Shown: one piece after another, positions 12,199 to 23,930 of the stretch | Position numbering within the stretch: position 1 is the stretch's first letter | How the letters are laid out: each line of letters begins with the position of its first letter | NCBI RefSeq assembly: GCF_035084215.1 | Contig: NC_090363.1 | Span: 2,170,001-2,234,000 of the forward strand | DNA length: 64,000 nucleotides | Direction: 5' to 3' | Source: Heptranchias perlo | Lineage: Eukaryota | Notes under the pieces: generated by a model | What the model was told of the DNA's origin: nothing | What the model saw: only the letters and a program-made list of their open reading frames with translations | The model's database searches: none | Made by a program: the position numbers and the translations under genes

Positions 12199-12564
12199 AG
12201 TGGAAATCGTGAGCACAGATTTCACAGAAGCTTCCTCATACCCCCATTGTTTTGGTGCCAATTTTTCTGCTTGAGTTTGTCGGGGTGGGTCAACCTTAAG
12301 AAACAAAATCCTTTCATTTACAGGCAACTGGTGTTGGCATCAAGAAGTCCCAGGTCTGGTACANNNNNNNNNNNNNNNNNNNNNNNNNNNNNNNNNNNNN
12401 NNNNNNNNNNNNNNNNNNNNNNNNNNNNNNNNNNNNNNNNNNNNNNNNNNNNNNNNNNNNNNNNNNNNNNNNNNNNNNNNNNNNNNNNNNNNNNNNNNNN
12501 NNNNNNNNNNNNNNNNNNNNNNNNNNNNNNNNNNNNNNNNNNNNNNNNNNNNNNNNNNNNNNNT

Positions 12565-15500
12565 GAGCAGATCCCTTGTCTGCCCCATCAACCAAGGAAA
12601 AGAAAGAACGAACTTGCATTTATATAGTGCCTTCCACGACCTCAGGATGTCCCAAACCGTTTTACAGCCAACTAAGTACTTTTGAAGTGTCGTCACTGTT
12701 ACAATGTAGGGAGATGCGGCAGCCAATTTGCGCACAGCAAGATCCCACAAACAGCAACACGATAGTGACCAGGAACACTGTAGGGCATCAGAAGAACTCA
12801 AAAAGACGGAACGGAGGAGGAAACATGTTTACTCTCCTTTAATGCAAGAGAACCCAGAGGCATGAAACTCTACGGGAGTCTCCCAACTCTGCTCCACGAG
12901 CTCACAAAAGTCAGAATAAATCAAAAAAAAAACCTACAAAAAGGGACTTTTATAGGCGGCCCTCAGCTCAACACTAACTGTCGCTCGGGCCTGATATACC
13001 AACCTCCACACGCCTCGATCTGCAAGACGGTTATCAGGCAGGCCAGAAACTGGGGAGTGCCCTGTGGCTGGCAGACACAATGGCTGGTTCTAAAAGGCTC
13101 CTAACCAAGGAAGGCGCGTCATAAATAACAACGGCCTGGCAGTGAAATTTAAGGGCTTGGACCTTTTGTGAGCTCTGTGAGCTCAAATGACTGGCTCTGA
13201 TCGGCCTGAACGCCACCTGGCAGATCACTGCCCACCATTGTCCATTTTCTGTCGCTGTGACCTCAGGATCTTAGAGGCGTTGAAGGGGGCGGGAGGGGAG
13301 CTGAGGGACAATGGAAAAAGTTACAAACACGGGAGTTTTTACATGTTTTTTTTCCCACCAACCTGGTTTAAAACTTTCCTTTCAAAATCCACCTCAATCA
13401 CAACACACTTTTAACACAGAGTCACAGGTGGAAGTATTCAGTGAGCAGTCACCCCTCAACAGAGCGACGGTCCCTTCCCACCACATTATCTGGTCGTTCG
13501 GCAGCTCTGGAAAACTCCTCTCTGAACCCCCTCAGGCGTTCGGAACCAGTCCAGAGAGATCACACGGACCAGGTTTTTCTCTGTAAAGACCTTTCTACAT
13601 GATGCAATCTCTGCCTCAGTCCAGAACACGACCAACACCCCAATGAGCATTCAAGAGATTTCATACGCAGGGAACGTACCTGTCGGAGAGGTTTCCGGAA
13701 CCTTCCAGTTCCTCGTCGTCCTCCACGTCGCTCGACCGATTCCTCAGCTCCATCCGCCTCTCCGTCTGCAAGAGCAGATATTCTTGAGTCTCTTCACTTC
13801 ATTTATTGTTCTTACAATATTGACCTGAGCCTACATACTTCCAGCAAGCTCCCCTCCAGCCCATAGAGGTTTCAGGGGGCGGGTAGACAAAGCATTTACA
13901 CCAAGCTCACCCGAACGGCTCAGTGAATGTCCCGCGTGGGTCTCGAGTTCCATCCGTTGCGCTTGAGTGAACAAATCTCCAACCTTCTTTTTCTTTATCT
14001 ACCTCTGCAGCCCACCAGTGCCAGTCGAGAGGGTCTCCCCCATCCATACCTCATTTCAGGTTGAGGGGGAGAGGGGGGGCGCGAGTGGGGAGAAAGGCAG
14101 ATTGCTCTGTTTTACCACACCAGTGCTGCACTGGGCTCTGGTGGCAGACAAGCTCACTGACTAAAAGAAATTGCATTTATATAGCGCCTTTCACAGCCTC
14201 AGGACGTCCCAAAGCGCTTTGCAGCCAATAAAATACTTTGTGAAATAAAAACAGGAAATGCTGGAAACACTCAGCAGGTCAGGCAGCGTCTGTGAGGAAG
14301 AAACAGAGTTAACGTTTCAGGTCGATGACCCTCGTCAACTTTGTGAAGTGTGGTCAGTGTTGTAATGTAGGGAAGTGCGGCAGCCAATTTGCGCACAGCA
14401 AGCTCCCACAAACAGCAATGAGATAATGACCAGAAAATCTGTTATTTTGTTTTAAGTGAGGGATAAATATTGACCAGGACACTGGGAAGAACGCCTCTGC
14501 TCTTCTTCGAAACAGTGCCGTGGGGATCTTTCACCTCCACCTGAGAGGGCAAACGGGGCCTCGGTTTAACGTCTCATCCGAAAGACGGCATCTCAAGACG
14601 CGCAGCTCTCCTCAGTGCCGGCACCGGGAGTGTCGGCCTGGATTTTGTGGTCGAGTCTCTGGAGTAGGGCGCGAACCGACGGCCTCCTGACTCAAGAGGC
14701 GAGAGTGCCACCCACTGACAGGGCGCAGGGTCAGCGGGTGACTTCCCGAATATCTGACGGAACTCACTGCGGGAGACAGAGGCTGTTGGAAGCGGACGTC
14801 AGCGAGTTCTGAATTGTGACCCAACCACCGTGAAGCAGACACCGTGACTGCCGGCATCAATATAAAAAAGGGAGAGAGAAATTGCTAAGCCCAAGCTCAC
14901 CTTGCTGGATTTGTCCGAGTCGGCTCGCCCATCCACCGAGTAGCTGTCATAGAAGAGGCTGAAGTCATCTCAACCTCCGCATCCCATTCGTCTATCATTT
15001 CCATGGGCTCCTCCTCCTTCTCCTCAGGCTCCGCTTCCTTGAAAGGTCCAGTAACGGAATGGAACCGGACGCGCTGGTGACCGTTTTCACCTCCTGGGAG
15101 TGGACTCTACTGGTTGCACCGGTCAAGTTCTGAAAAGGAACACAGACAGACGCACGCACGCACACACGACAGACGCACACACGCACAGACGCACGCACAG
15201 ACAGACGCCACGCACGCACACACACGGACAGACGCACGCACGCACACACACGGACAGACGCACGCACGCACACACACGGACAGACGCACGCACGCACACA
15301 CACGGACAGACGCACGCACGCACACACACGGACAGACGCACGCGACGCACACACACGGACAGACGCACGCACGCACACACACGGACAGACGCACGCACGC
15401 ACACACACGGACAGACGCACGCACGCACACACACGGACAGACGCACGCACGCACACACACGGACAGACGCACGCACGCACACACGGACAGACGCACGCCA

Positions 15501-16158
15501 CGCACACACGGACAGACGCACGCACACACACACGGACAGACGCACGCACACACACGGACAGACGCACCGGCACACACACACGGACAGACGCACGCACACA
15601 CACACGGACAGACGCACGCACACACACACGGACATACGCACGCACGCACACACACACGGACAGACGCACGCACGCACACACGGACAGACGCACGCACACA
15701 CACACGGACAGACGCACGCACACACACACGGACAGACGCACGCACACACACACGGACAGACGCACGCACACACACACTGACAGACGCACGCACACACACA
15801 CGACAGACGCACGCACACACACACGGACAGACGCACGCACACACACACGGACAGACGCACGCACACACACACGGACAGACGCACGCACACACACACGGAC
15901 AGACGCACGCACACACACACGGACAGACGCACCGCACACACACACACGGGACAGACGCACGCACACACACACGGACAGACGCACGCACACACACAGTGGA
16001 AATCGTGAGCACAGATTTCACAGAAGCTTCCTCATACCCCCATTGTTTTGGTGCCAATTTTTCTGCTTGAGTTTGTCGGGTGGGTCAACCTTAAGAAACA
16101 AAATCCTTTCATTTACAGGCAACTGGTGTTGGCATCAAGAAGTCCCAGGTCTGGTACA
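12565..16158. other. Near-identical tandem copy of 9167-12363 after a 200-N gap; probable false (assembly) duplication with frameshifted copies of EHMT2 exon 8 (~13680-13765) and exon 7 (14901-15129)
   Basis: Colinear with 9167-12363, including the SINEs. Differences are mostly 1-bp indels in homopolymers. The exon 7 copy is 229 nt versus 231, and the minisatellite (15142-15994) is longer. Confidence 0.85.
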
Positions 16159-16590
16159 ACATAGTTAGAGGTCCCTCTACTCAGCTCGATAGCCAACCCC
16201 AGAAGTGCACAGCACCCCTTCCCCCTGCCCCCACCTTTTTATTTTCAATACCAGCTATCCTTGTGACTTCAATTGTTAATGTAGTGTTTATTGGGGAGGG
16301 GATGGGTAANNNNNNNNNNNNNNNNNNNNNNNNNNNNNNNNNNNNNNNNNNNNNNNNNNNNNNNNNNNNNNNNNNNNNNNNNNNNNNNNNNNNNNNNNNN
16401 NNNNNNNNNNNNNNNNNNNNNNNNNNNNNNNNNNNNNNNNNNNNNNNNNNNNNNNNNNNNNNNNNNNNNNNNNNNNNNNNNNNNNNNNNNNNNNNNNNNN
16501 NNNNNNNNNNNNNNNNNNNNNNNNNNNNNNNNNNNNNNNNNNNNNNNNNNNNNNNNNNNNNNNNNNNNNNNNNNNNNNNNNNNNNNNNNN

Positions 16591-17097
16591 GGGAGGGGAG
16601 GGGGGGAGGAGGGAGGGGGGAGGAGGGAGGGGGGGAGAAGGAGGGGGAGAAGGGAAGGGGGAGGGGGAGAAGGGGAAGGGGGAGAAGGGGAAGGGGGAGA
16701 AGGGGAAGGGGGAGAAGGGAAGGGGAGAAGGGGAAGGGGGAGAAGGGGAAGGGGGGAAGGGGAAGGGGGGGAAGGGGGGAAGGGGAAGGGGGGGAAGGGG
16801 GAAGGGGAAGGGGGGAAGGGGGGAAGGGGAAGGGGGGGAAGGGGGAGAAGGGAAGGGGGGGAAGGGGGGAGAAGGGGAAGGGGGGAAGGGGGGGAAGGGA
16901 AGGGGGGGGAAGGGGGGGAAGGGGAAGGGGGGGAGGAAGGGGGAAGGGGGAAGGGGGGGAAGGGGAAGGGGGGGAAGGGGGAGAGGGAGGGGAGAAGGGG
17001 GGAGAAGGGAAGGGGGAGAAGGGGGAGAAGGGGAAGGGGAAGGGAAGGGGGGGAAGGGGGAAGGGGGGAAGGGGAAGGGGGGGAGGGGGAGAAGGGG
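16591..17097. repeat. G/A-rich (GGGGAA)n-like low-complexity tract next to an N gap
   Basis: Pure purine tract on the plus strand. Confidence 0.95.
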
Positions 17098-17530
17098 CTA
17101 CAGGCTGGGGCTCTTTTCTTTAGAAAAGAGAAAGCTGAGGGGTGACCTGATAGGCCTTTAAGGTAATGTAAGGGTTTAATAGGGTAGACGTACAGAAAAT
17201 GTTTCCACTTGTGGGGGAGTCCAAAACTAGGGTCATAAATATAAAACAAACAGTCACCAATAAATCCAATAGGGAATTCAGGAGAAACTTCTTTACTCAG
17301 AGAGTGGTGAGAATGTGGAACTCGCTCCACAAGGTGTGGTTGAGGTGAATAGTGCAGATGCAGTTAAGGAGAAGCTGATAAAAATATGGGGAGAAAGGAA
17401 CAAAAGGATTTGGTGATAGGGTTCGATGAAGAGAGAGAGGGAGGAGGCTCGTGTGGAGCACAAACGCTGGTGTGGACTAGTTGGGCCGAATGGCCTGTTT
17501 CTGTGCTGGTACATTCTATGTAACTCTATG
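17098..17530 (+). mobile_element. CR1 LINE 3' fragment
   Basis: Degenerate ...KLRGDLIGL...[10 protein letters not shown]...[18 protein letters not shown] text and the GGGCCGAATGGCCTG terminal motif. Confidence 0.8.
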
Positions 17531-18011
17531 TAAAACTACACTGAATGGCGAGGCTTCAAGTGGAGGCTAAAGTAAGGCCTAGCTTTGGGGAAGGGGGAAA
17601 TCATACCTTAATAATCCTTGACATCTGCCAACAAGGGGACACTGGTGGGAGCCTGGTAGCAGTCCCCAGGCACCTGCGTTCTCACTGTCGGAGGTCAGAT
17701 CAGGCAGCACAGGGGAATTATCGGGGAGCGGGAAGAGACGGGATTATCTCAAAATATACAACCATGAAAAAACCAAGGGCGAAAAGATCCTTTCACCATC
17801 GGTCCGATCACTCCTCGAATCAGGATAGTAGCCTAAAGTCAGGCACGCTGCTCGCACTGATCTCGAGGTCGCTCCACGACCTCAACACCAGCCGGCAGAA
17901 AAGCAGAATCGGCCAGTTGCAACACCGAGACGCAAGCTGCAAGAACCTGCGCAAAAAAGGTGCCAGGGTGTGGTCTGGGCCCAGGGCCTGTGAACGTTAA
18001 CAAGTACTCAC

Positions 18012-18181
18012 CACGGCCCCTCCAACGCCCCCGGACCAGCCCCAGCCCCGATCTTCGCTCCGGGACCCCCCCCGATAGACCCCCAGCGGGGTGGGTTCCT
18101 TGGCCATTTCTTCTTTAAGGAGGCTGATTTTCTTCAGAGGCTCCGGGCCTAAGCTTTCGGCTTTCCTCCTCTTGACGAGTC
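18012..18181 (-). CDS. EHMT2: EHMT2 exon 6
   Basis: Strong polypyrimidine tract plus CAG, GTGAGT donor, phase 1 to 0. Begins (G)LVKRRKAE, compared with human (D)LAKRRKL. Phase fits exon 7. Confidence 0.8.
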
Positions 18182-18279
18182 CTGCGGCACCAGAAAGAGG
18201 AAAAAAAAAAACAAAACTGAAGGAACTTGCCATCATACATCCCACCAGGAACTGGGCAACACTCGGCATTAGTTGCAAA

Positions 18280-19760
18280 GAAAGAGCTTGCATTTATATA
18301 GCGCCTTTTTCATGACCTCAGGACGCCCCAAGCGATTCACAGCCAACGCAGTACTTTTTGAAGTATCGTCATTTTTGTATGTAGGGAAACGCGGCAGCCA
18401 ATTTGCGCACAGCAAGATCCCACAAACAACAGTGTGATAATGACCAGACAATCTGTTTTTTTTTAGTGAAGTTGGTTGAGGGATGAATATTGGTCGGGAC
18501 ACCGGGGAGAACTCCCCTGCTCTTCTTCGAAATAGTGGCCATGGGATCTTTTAACGTCCACTTGAGGGGGCAGACCAGGGCCTCGGTTTAACGTCCTCAC
18601 CCGAAACATGGCGCCTCCGACATTGCAGCTCTCCCTCAGTACTGCCCCTCCGACAGTGCAGCTCTCCCTCAGCACTGACCCTCCGACAGTGCGGCGCTCC
18701 CTCAGTACTGACCCTCCGACAGGGCAGCACTCCCTCAGCACTGCTCCTCCGACAGTGCAGCTCTCCCTCAGCACTGCCCCTCCGACAGTGCAGCTCTCCC
18801 TCAGCACTGCCCCTCCGACAGTGCAGCTCTCCCTCAGCACTGCCCCTCCGACAGTGCAGCTCTCCCTCAGCACTGCCCCTCCGACAGTGCGGCTCTCCCT
18901 CAGCACTGCCCCTCCGACAGTGCGGCTCTCCCTCAGCACTGCCCCTCCGACAGTGCGGCTCTCCCTCAGCACTGCCCCTCCGACAGTGCGGCTCTCCTCA
19001 GCACTGCCCCTCCGACAGTGCGGCTCTCCCTCAGCACTGCCCCTCCGACAGTGCGGCTCTCCCTCAGCACTGCCCCTCCGACAGTGCGGCTCTCCCTCAG
19101 CACTGCCCCTCCGACAGTGCGGCTCTCCCTCAGCACTGACCCTCCGACAGTGCGGCGCTCCCTCAGCACTGACCCTCCGACAGTGCGGCGCTCCCTCAGC
19201 ACTGACCCTCCGACAGTGCGGCGCTCCCTCAGCACTGACCCTCCGACAGTGCGGCGGCTCCCTCAGCACTGACCCTCCGACAGTGCGGCGCTCCCTCAGG
19301 CACTGACCCTCCGGACAGTGCGGTGCTCCCTCAGCACTGACCCTCCGACAGTGCGGCGCTCCTCAGCACTGACCCTCCGACAGTGCGGCGCTCCCTCAGC
19401 ACTGACCCTCCGACAGGGCAGCACTCCCTCAGCACTGACCCTCCGACGGTGCAGCACTCCTCAGCACTGACCCTCCGACAGGGCAGCATCCTCTCAGTAC
19501 TGCCCTCCGACAGGGCAGCGTTCCCTCAGTACTGACCCTCCGACAGGGCAGCACTCCCTCAGCACTGACCCTCCGACAGGGCAGCATCCTCTCAGTACTG
19601 CCCCTCCGACAGGGCAGCGTTCCCTCAGTACTGCACTGGGAGGGGGCGGCCTGGATTTTGGTGCTCAAGTCTCTGGAGTGGGGATTAGGGTAACCCTAAC
19701 CCTAATCTGTTGACTCAGAAGGAGAGGACTGCTACCCACTGAGCCACGGCTGACACATAA
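18280..19760 (-). mobile_element. Deu-domain SINE whose internal 33-bp segment is expanded into a ~1-kb minisatellite (~18613-19640)
   Basis: SINE tail at ~18285 and head at ~19700-19755 flank tandem CAGCACTGCCCCTCCGACAGTGCGGCTCTCCCT units. Confidence 0.85.
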
Positions 19761-19885
19761 TTGAGAGCAGCACAATGGGGGTCTCAATCACACATACGTA
19801 CAATAAAAAGCTTTCTGAACGAGCGAAGGAGGTGCAGCAAAGTGTGTAGAGTCGCTGCTAATTTTTAAAGGGCCGCTTCCTTTAC

Positions 19886-20006
19886 CTGTCTGCACACCTG
19901 CTGCAGCATCAGCCACACCTCAGGCAGGAACTCCAACTGCGGTTGTGTACTTTGCTTAATAGGATTGGGGTGGCCCAGAGTCAGCTTTCTTTTCCACAAG
20001 CTTTAC
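19886..20006 (-). CDS. EHMT2: Candidate EHMT2 exon 5 orthologue; contains two in-frame stop codons as assembled
   Basis: The only candidate I found with the required phase 0 to 1 between the ARKS exons and exon 6. Acceptor TTTCTTTTAG, donor GTAAAG, 121 nt. Reads VKLVEKKADSGPPQSY*AKYTTAVGVPA*GVADAAAGVQT. Confidence 0.45.
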
Positions 20007-21174
20007 CTAAAAGAAAGCATCACGTTTATACACAAAGTAAATCAAGAGAAGGCATGGGGCAGCTCAAACCAAGAAAATATACAGTTGGAAAATACATCCT
20101 AAAAGAACATCAAATAAACTTTTAGTGTTGATGGGGAGCTGGGAAACTCAAGAGGAGGATAAGCTCTCAGTGCTCTCCAGCAACGAACATCTGGATTCAA
20201 ATTCAGATGCAGGTTGCTGGAAATGGCAAATATCTCTCCAGATTTCATTTGACATGATTTCACGCTGAGATGGGAAGAGGTAGATGGGCAGAACGGCCTC
20301 TCCTCTCCCATACTTATCAGTACTGGCTGCAAAACTTCAGCAACTGCAGAAGTTTAGCTTAACTGATGCGGGGGCAGAGGACGAGGGAGAAGTAACTTCA
20401 CCACCGGACAAATATAGGCCTCTTTCAGCATTCCCTCAGCCCAACTCTCTTCCCCCCCCCCCCTCTAACCCCGCTCCTCTCTCTACCTCCAATTCTTTTG
20501 TCCCTGCCCTCCACGTACCCCTCTAAATCGCTCGACCAATTCCACTCCCTCAGTGCTGCACTGGGAGCGGCAGCCTAGATTTTGTGCTCAAGTCTCCGGA
20601 GTGGGTCTTGACTCAAGAGGCGAAAATGGTACCCCCCTGAGCCATGGCTGACACCCGAGGAGGTGGAATGTTTGGGTTTTTTTTTTAACCTCTGTAAATT
20701 AATGACTCACTCCACAAAACGGTGGCGATGCAGGGCTTTCGAAACGTGCAAGTTCTGCGATTTCACCAGCCGCTCCTTAATTGCAGCGTTCTCCTGTTTT
20801 TGTTACAGGAGGAATTTCACCTGCTGCGCATTGTGCAAAAACAGATGCGCTAACTCAAAAAACCAACAAAGGTCAGACAGTACGTCAATTTGTGCGCTGA
20901 CCCCGACTGCCCGTGGACCTACGGGTTAAATTCCCCCAATCCCGCCTTGCTATCTCCAACCCAAAAGAAAGGGCAGGTTGGAGAAGCAAGATCTACAATG
21001 CTCCCTCCGAGTGCAGCTCCTCACTGGCAGTGTGGGATTGGGTAATTATCCAAATATCTATTGGATGGACCTCACAAAACTATTGGTCCAAAATTTCTAA
21101 AACTCGGCAACCTAGAACTGATGTGTGGAGGTAAAAAAACGGCATAAACGTTGCCCTGATCGTAACTTCGACTT

Positions 21175-21630
21175 ACATCGAAACTACAGCACAAAAACAG
21201 GCCATTCGGCCCAACTGGTCTCTGCCGGCTTTAATGCTCCACACGAGCCTTCTCCCTCCCTACTTCATCTCACCCTATCAGCATATCCTTCTATTCCTTT
21301 CTCCATCATGTGTTTATCGAGCTTCCCCTTAAATGCATCTCTGCTATTCGCCTCAACCACTCCTTGTGGGAGCGAGTTCCACATTCTCACCACTCTCTGG
21401 GTAAAGAAGTTTCTCCTGAATTCCCTATTGGATTTTAGTGACTATTTTATATTTATGACCTCTAGTTTTGGACTCCCCCCACAAGTGGAAACATTTTCTC
21501 TACGTCTACCCTATCAAACCCTATCACTATCTTCAAGAGCTCTATCAGGTCACCCCTCAGCCTAGAGAAAAGCGCCCCAGCCCGTTCATCCTTTCCTGAT
21601 AAGTGTATCCTCTCAGTTCTGGTATCATGT
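21175..21630 (-). mobile_element. CR1 LINE 3' fragment
   Basis: ORF-track text LRGDLIELLKIVIGFDRVDVEKMFPLVG. Confidence 0.85.
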
Positions 21631-21958
21631 TTACTGTTTACAAGTCCCACTGCACAGTGGGCTCAACAGTATCTGAGTTACGTACGAAATCCCAAAGAGC
21701 CCAAGGCTACGGGATAGGCCCGTCCGTTCGCACCCCTCGTGTTTAGTTACACGTGCAACACTGCCAAAGTCACATTGGAACTAGTGACACCCACTTGTGC
21801 ACAACCAGTGTTAACACTGCACTAGCTTCCCCCCTACGCTCGAAAGCGCGTTTCAACAATATAAATATGGAAGTCACATGCTGCCAACTTATCGAGTCTG
21901 GTGTTTCTGCAACGCGCCGGCTGATTGCTGAGCCACCTGAACATTCCTTGTGGCGTAC

Positions 21959-22111
21959 CTGAGCGGGGCTGGGTTTAAACATCGACTTCCTCGCTCTGTG
22001 AATCTTCGGTTTCTCCTCCTGTCCCTGGGGAGCGTCCTCCTCCACTCTCACCGTCGAAACCTCACTCCCGGCCCGGCCAATGGTCTCGCTGGGCAGATTC
22101 TTCGCCAAACT
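21959..22111 (-). CDS. EHMT2: EHMT2 duplicated histone-mimic exon, copy 5 (4d)
   Basis: 153 nt, phase 0-0, TAG|AGTTTG acceptor, CAG|GTAC donor. Encodes SLAKNLPSETIGRAGSEVSTVRVEEDAPQGQEEKPKIHRARKSMFKPSPAQ. Confidence 0.85.
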
Positions 22112-22520
22112 CTAAATCCATTGCACATCACAAGAGAATGAAAGGGCAGGGTGAGAGGACTGAACTAGTATCGACTATTGTTAGCTTTGGACTCACATTA
22201 AAAGCACTCATGGGTGCAGTCAAACACACTCAAAGCACGCATACTTTCCCAATGTTCCCTTGATCTAGTTATTATACTAAAATTAAGTGTTATCGGGCGC
22301 TTATAATTGAATGGACGAAATACACAGTTTACACGAGGTAAGCTCCGAAAGCTTGTGATTTTCAAATAAAACTGTTGGACTATAACCTGGTGTTGTAAGA
22401 TTCCTTACATCTTATAAAGTAAGCACTGACAGTCCATTTTTTATTAAACCGTTCTGTTTTAACGGTACGTCACTTGCTGGCAGAAGATCCCCAGTTAGCT
22501 CCCCACCCGATCCTTCGTAC

Positions 22521-22667
22521 CTGACTAATGCTTGTTGCAAGAAGCGATTTTCTTGCTCGGTGAACCTCCTGATACTCCTCCTGACCCTGGACTGTGACCT
22601 CCGTCTCCGCGGCAACCTCGCTGACTGCCCGGCCGGTTGCCATGCTCGCCATCTTCTTTGCCAAACC
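22521..22667 (-). CDS. EHMT2: EHMT2 duplicated histone-mimic exon, copy 4 (4c)
   Basis: 147 nt, phase 0-0, polypyrimidine plus TAG acceptor, CAG|GTAC donor. Encodes GLAKKMASMATGRAVSEVAAETEVTVQGQEEYQEVHRARKSLLATSISQ. Confidence 0.85.
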
Positions 22668-22983
22668 CTACGTGGGAATTAAAGAAGAACGGAGAGTCAG
22701 GGAGGGGTAACGGTGACGACGATGATGATGGTAAGACAAGGGCGGGGGGGGAGGAGGAGGAGGAGGAGGGAGAAGAGGCGGGGTCAACAAGGGGCGGGGT
22801 CAACGAGAAGAGGTGGCAGAGCATTAAATCCTCCCCTTGTAATCCTGTGACAGTAGTACAGGTATATACAGCCCCTCATTTGACACAATTAAAACACCGT
22901 CAGAATTCCCTCCTTTATTTTAGCATTTCTATAACTCGTTCGCCGTGCTGTAGAAGGTGAGTTAACATTCTGTTCCCCCGTAC

Positions 22984-23127
22984 CTGACTAAAGCTGCCTT
23001 TCAGTATGGACTTTCTCGCTCTGTGGATCTCCTGGTTCTCGTCCTGACCCTGGACTGCGCGCTCTGCCTCTGCCGTTCCCCCAGCGGTATCATCGACTGC
23101 CCGTCCAGTAGGCAATCTTGACAAACT
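22984..23127 (-). CDS. EHMT2: EHMT2 duplicated histone-mimic exon, copy 3 (4b)
   Basis: 144 nt, phase 0-0, CAG|AGTTTG acceptor, CAG|GTAC donor. Encodes SLSRLPTGRAVDDTAGGTAEAERAVQGQDENQEIHRARKSILKGSFSQ. Confidence 0.85.
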
Positions 23128-23489
23128 CTGTGTGGAGTTAGGCATATTAGTCACAACAACAACAAAAAAAAAACCACCCAATCAAAGGCATCAGTCAGGA
23201 GGGTGAGTTACTTTGGTGCGCACAGTGACGGACTCTCCACGTTTGGCACCGTGTGCGCACCATATTACACTTCCCTCCACCAAACCGCACCACTGTAACG
23301 CACCGCCTGACTCATCCACGGCCGCTCACGTGTTACAATCACACTGAACAGAATAAAATCCAGGTTTATGCAAGGTAAGAGTCACACTTACTGGAATTTA
23401 CAGTTTTATTCAAACATCTTTCAGTAATTAAAAGGAGCAGTGTACAGCATTTAGGTTAGTGACAGAAGAACTGTTATTGTATTTATAAG

Positions 23490-23930
23490 GAAGAACTTGC
23501 ATTTATATAGCTCCTTTCGCGACCTCGGGACGTCCCAATCCGCTTCACAGCCAATTAAGTACTTTTCGAAGTGCAGTCACTGTTGCAATGTAGGAAATGC
23601 GGCAGCCAATTTGTACCCATCAAGGTCCACAGAAATGTGATAATGGCCAGACCACCTGCTTTACTGATATTGGCCAGGACACCGAGGAGAACTCCCCTGC
23701 TCTTCTTCAAAATAGTGGCCGTGGGATCTTTTACGTCCACCTGAGAGGGCAGACGGTGCCTCGGTTTAACGCCTTATCCAAAAGACGGTACCTCAGACAG
23801 TGCAGCGCTCCCTCGGTACCGGCACTGGGCGTGTCAGCCTTGATTATGGTCTCAAGTATCTGGAGGGGGACTTGAACCCTCGACCTTCTGACTCAGAGGC
23901 GAGAGAGTGCGACCCACTGAGCCACGGTGG
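23490..23930 (-). mobile_element. Deu-domain SINE, near full length
   Basis: Reverse-complement tRNA-like head (CCGTGGCTCAGTGGGTCGCACTC...TGAGTCAGAAGGTCGAGGGTTCAAG), Deu core and L2-like tail. Confidence 0.8.

Noticed and set aside
13680-15129. Second copies of EHMT2 exons 7-8 as a real exon duplication
   Set aside because: Gap-bounded, near-identical including introns, and frameshifted by homopolymer indels; best explained as a false duplication.
11695-16070. Cys/Val- and His/Thr-rich ORFs in several frames
   Set aside because: Translations of the CA-rich minisatellite; only the 11494-11724 part is a real exon.
18463-19668. Regular 33-bp array that might suggest a CRISPR array or repeat protein
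   Set aside because: Head-to-tail units with no unique spacers, embedded in a vertebrate SINE, and no cas genes.
20099-20332. Minus-strand ORF as an alternative EHMT2 exon 5
   Set aside because: No similarity to G9a and no convincing donor giving a normal-sized phase 0 to 1 exon.
23860-23930. tRNA-like A/B-box sequences (also ~19700-19755, ~60085-60148)
   Set aside because: These are tRNA-derived SINE heads, not tRNA genes.
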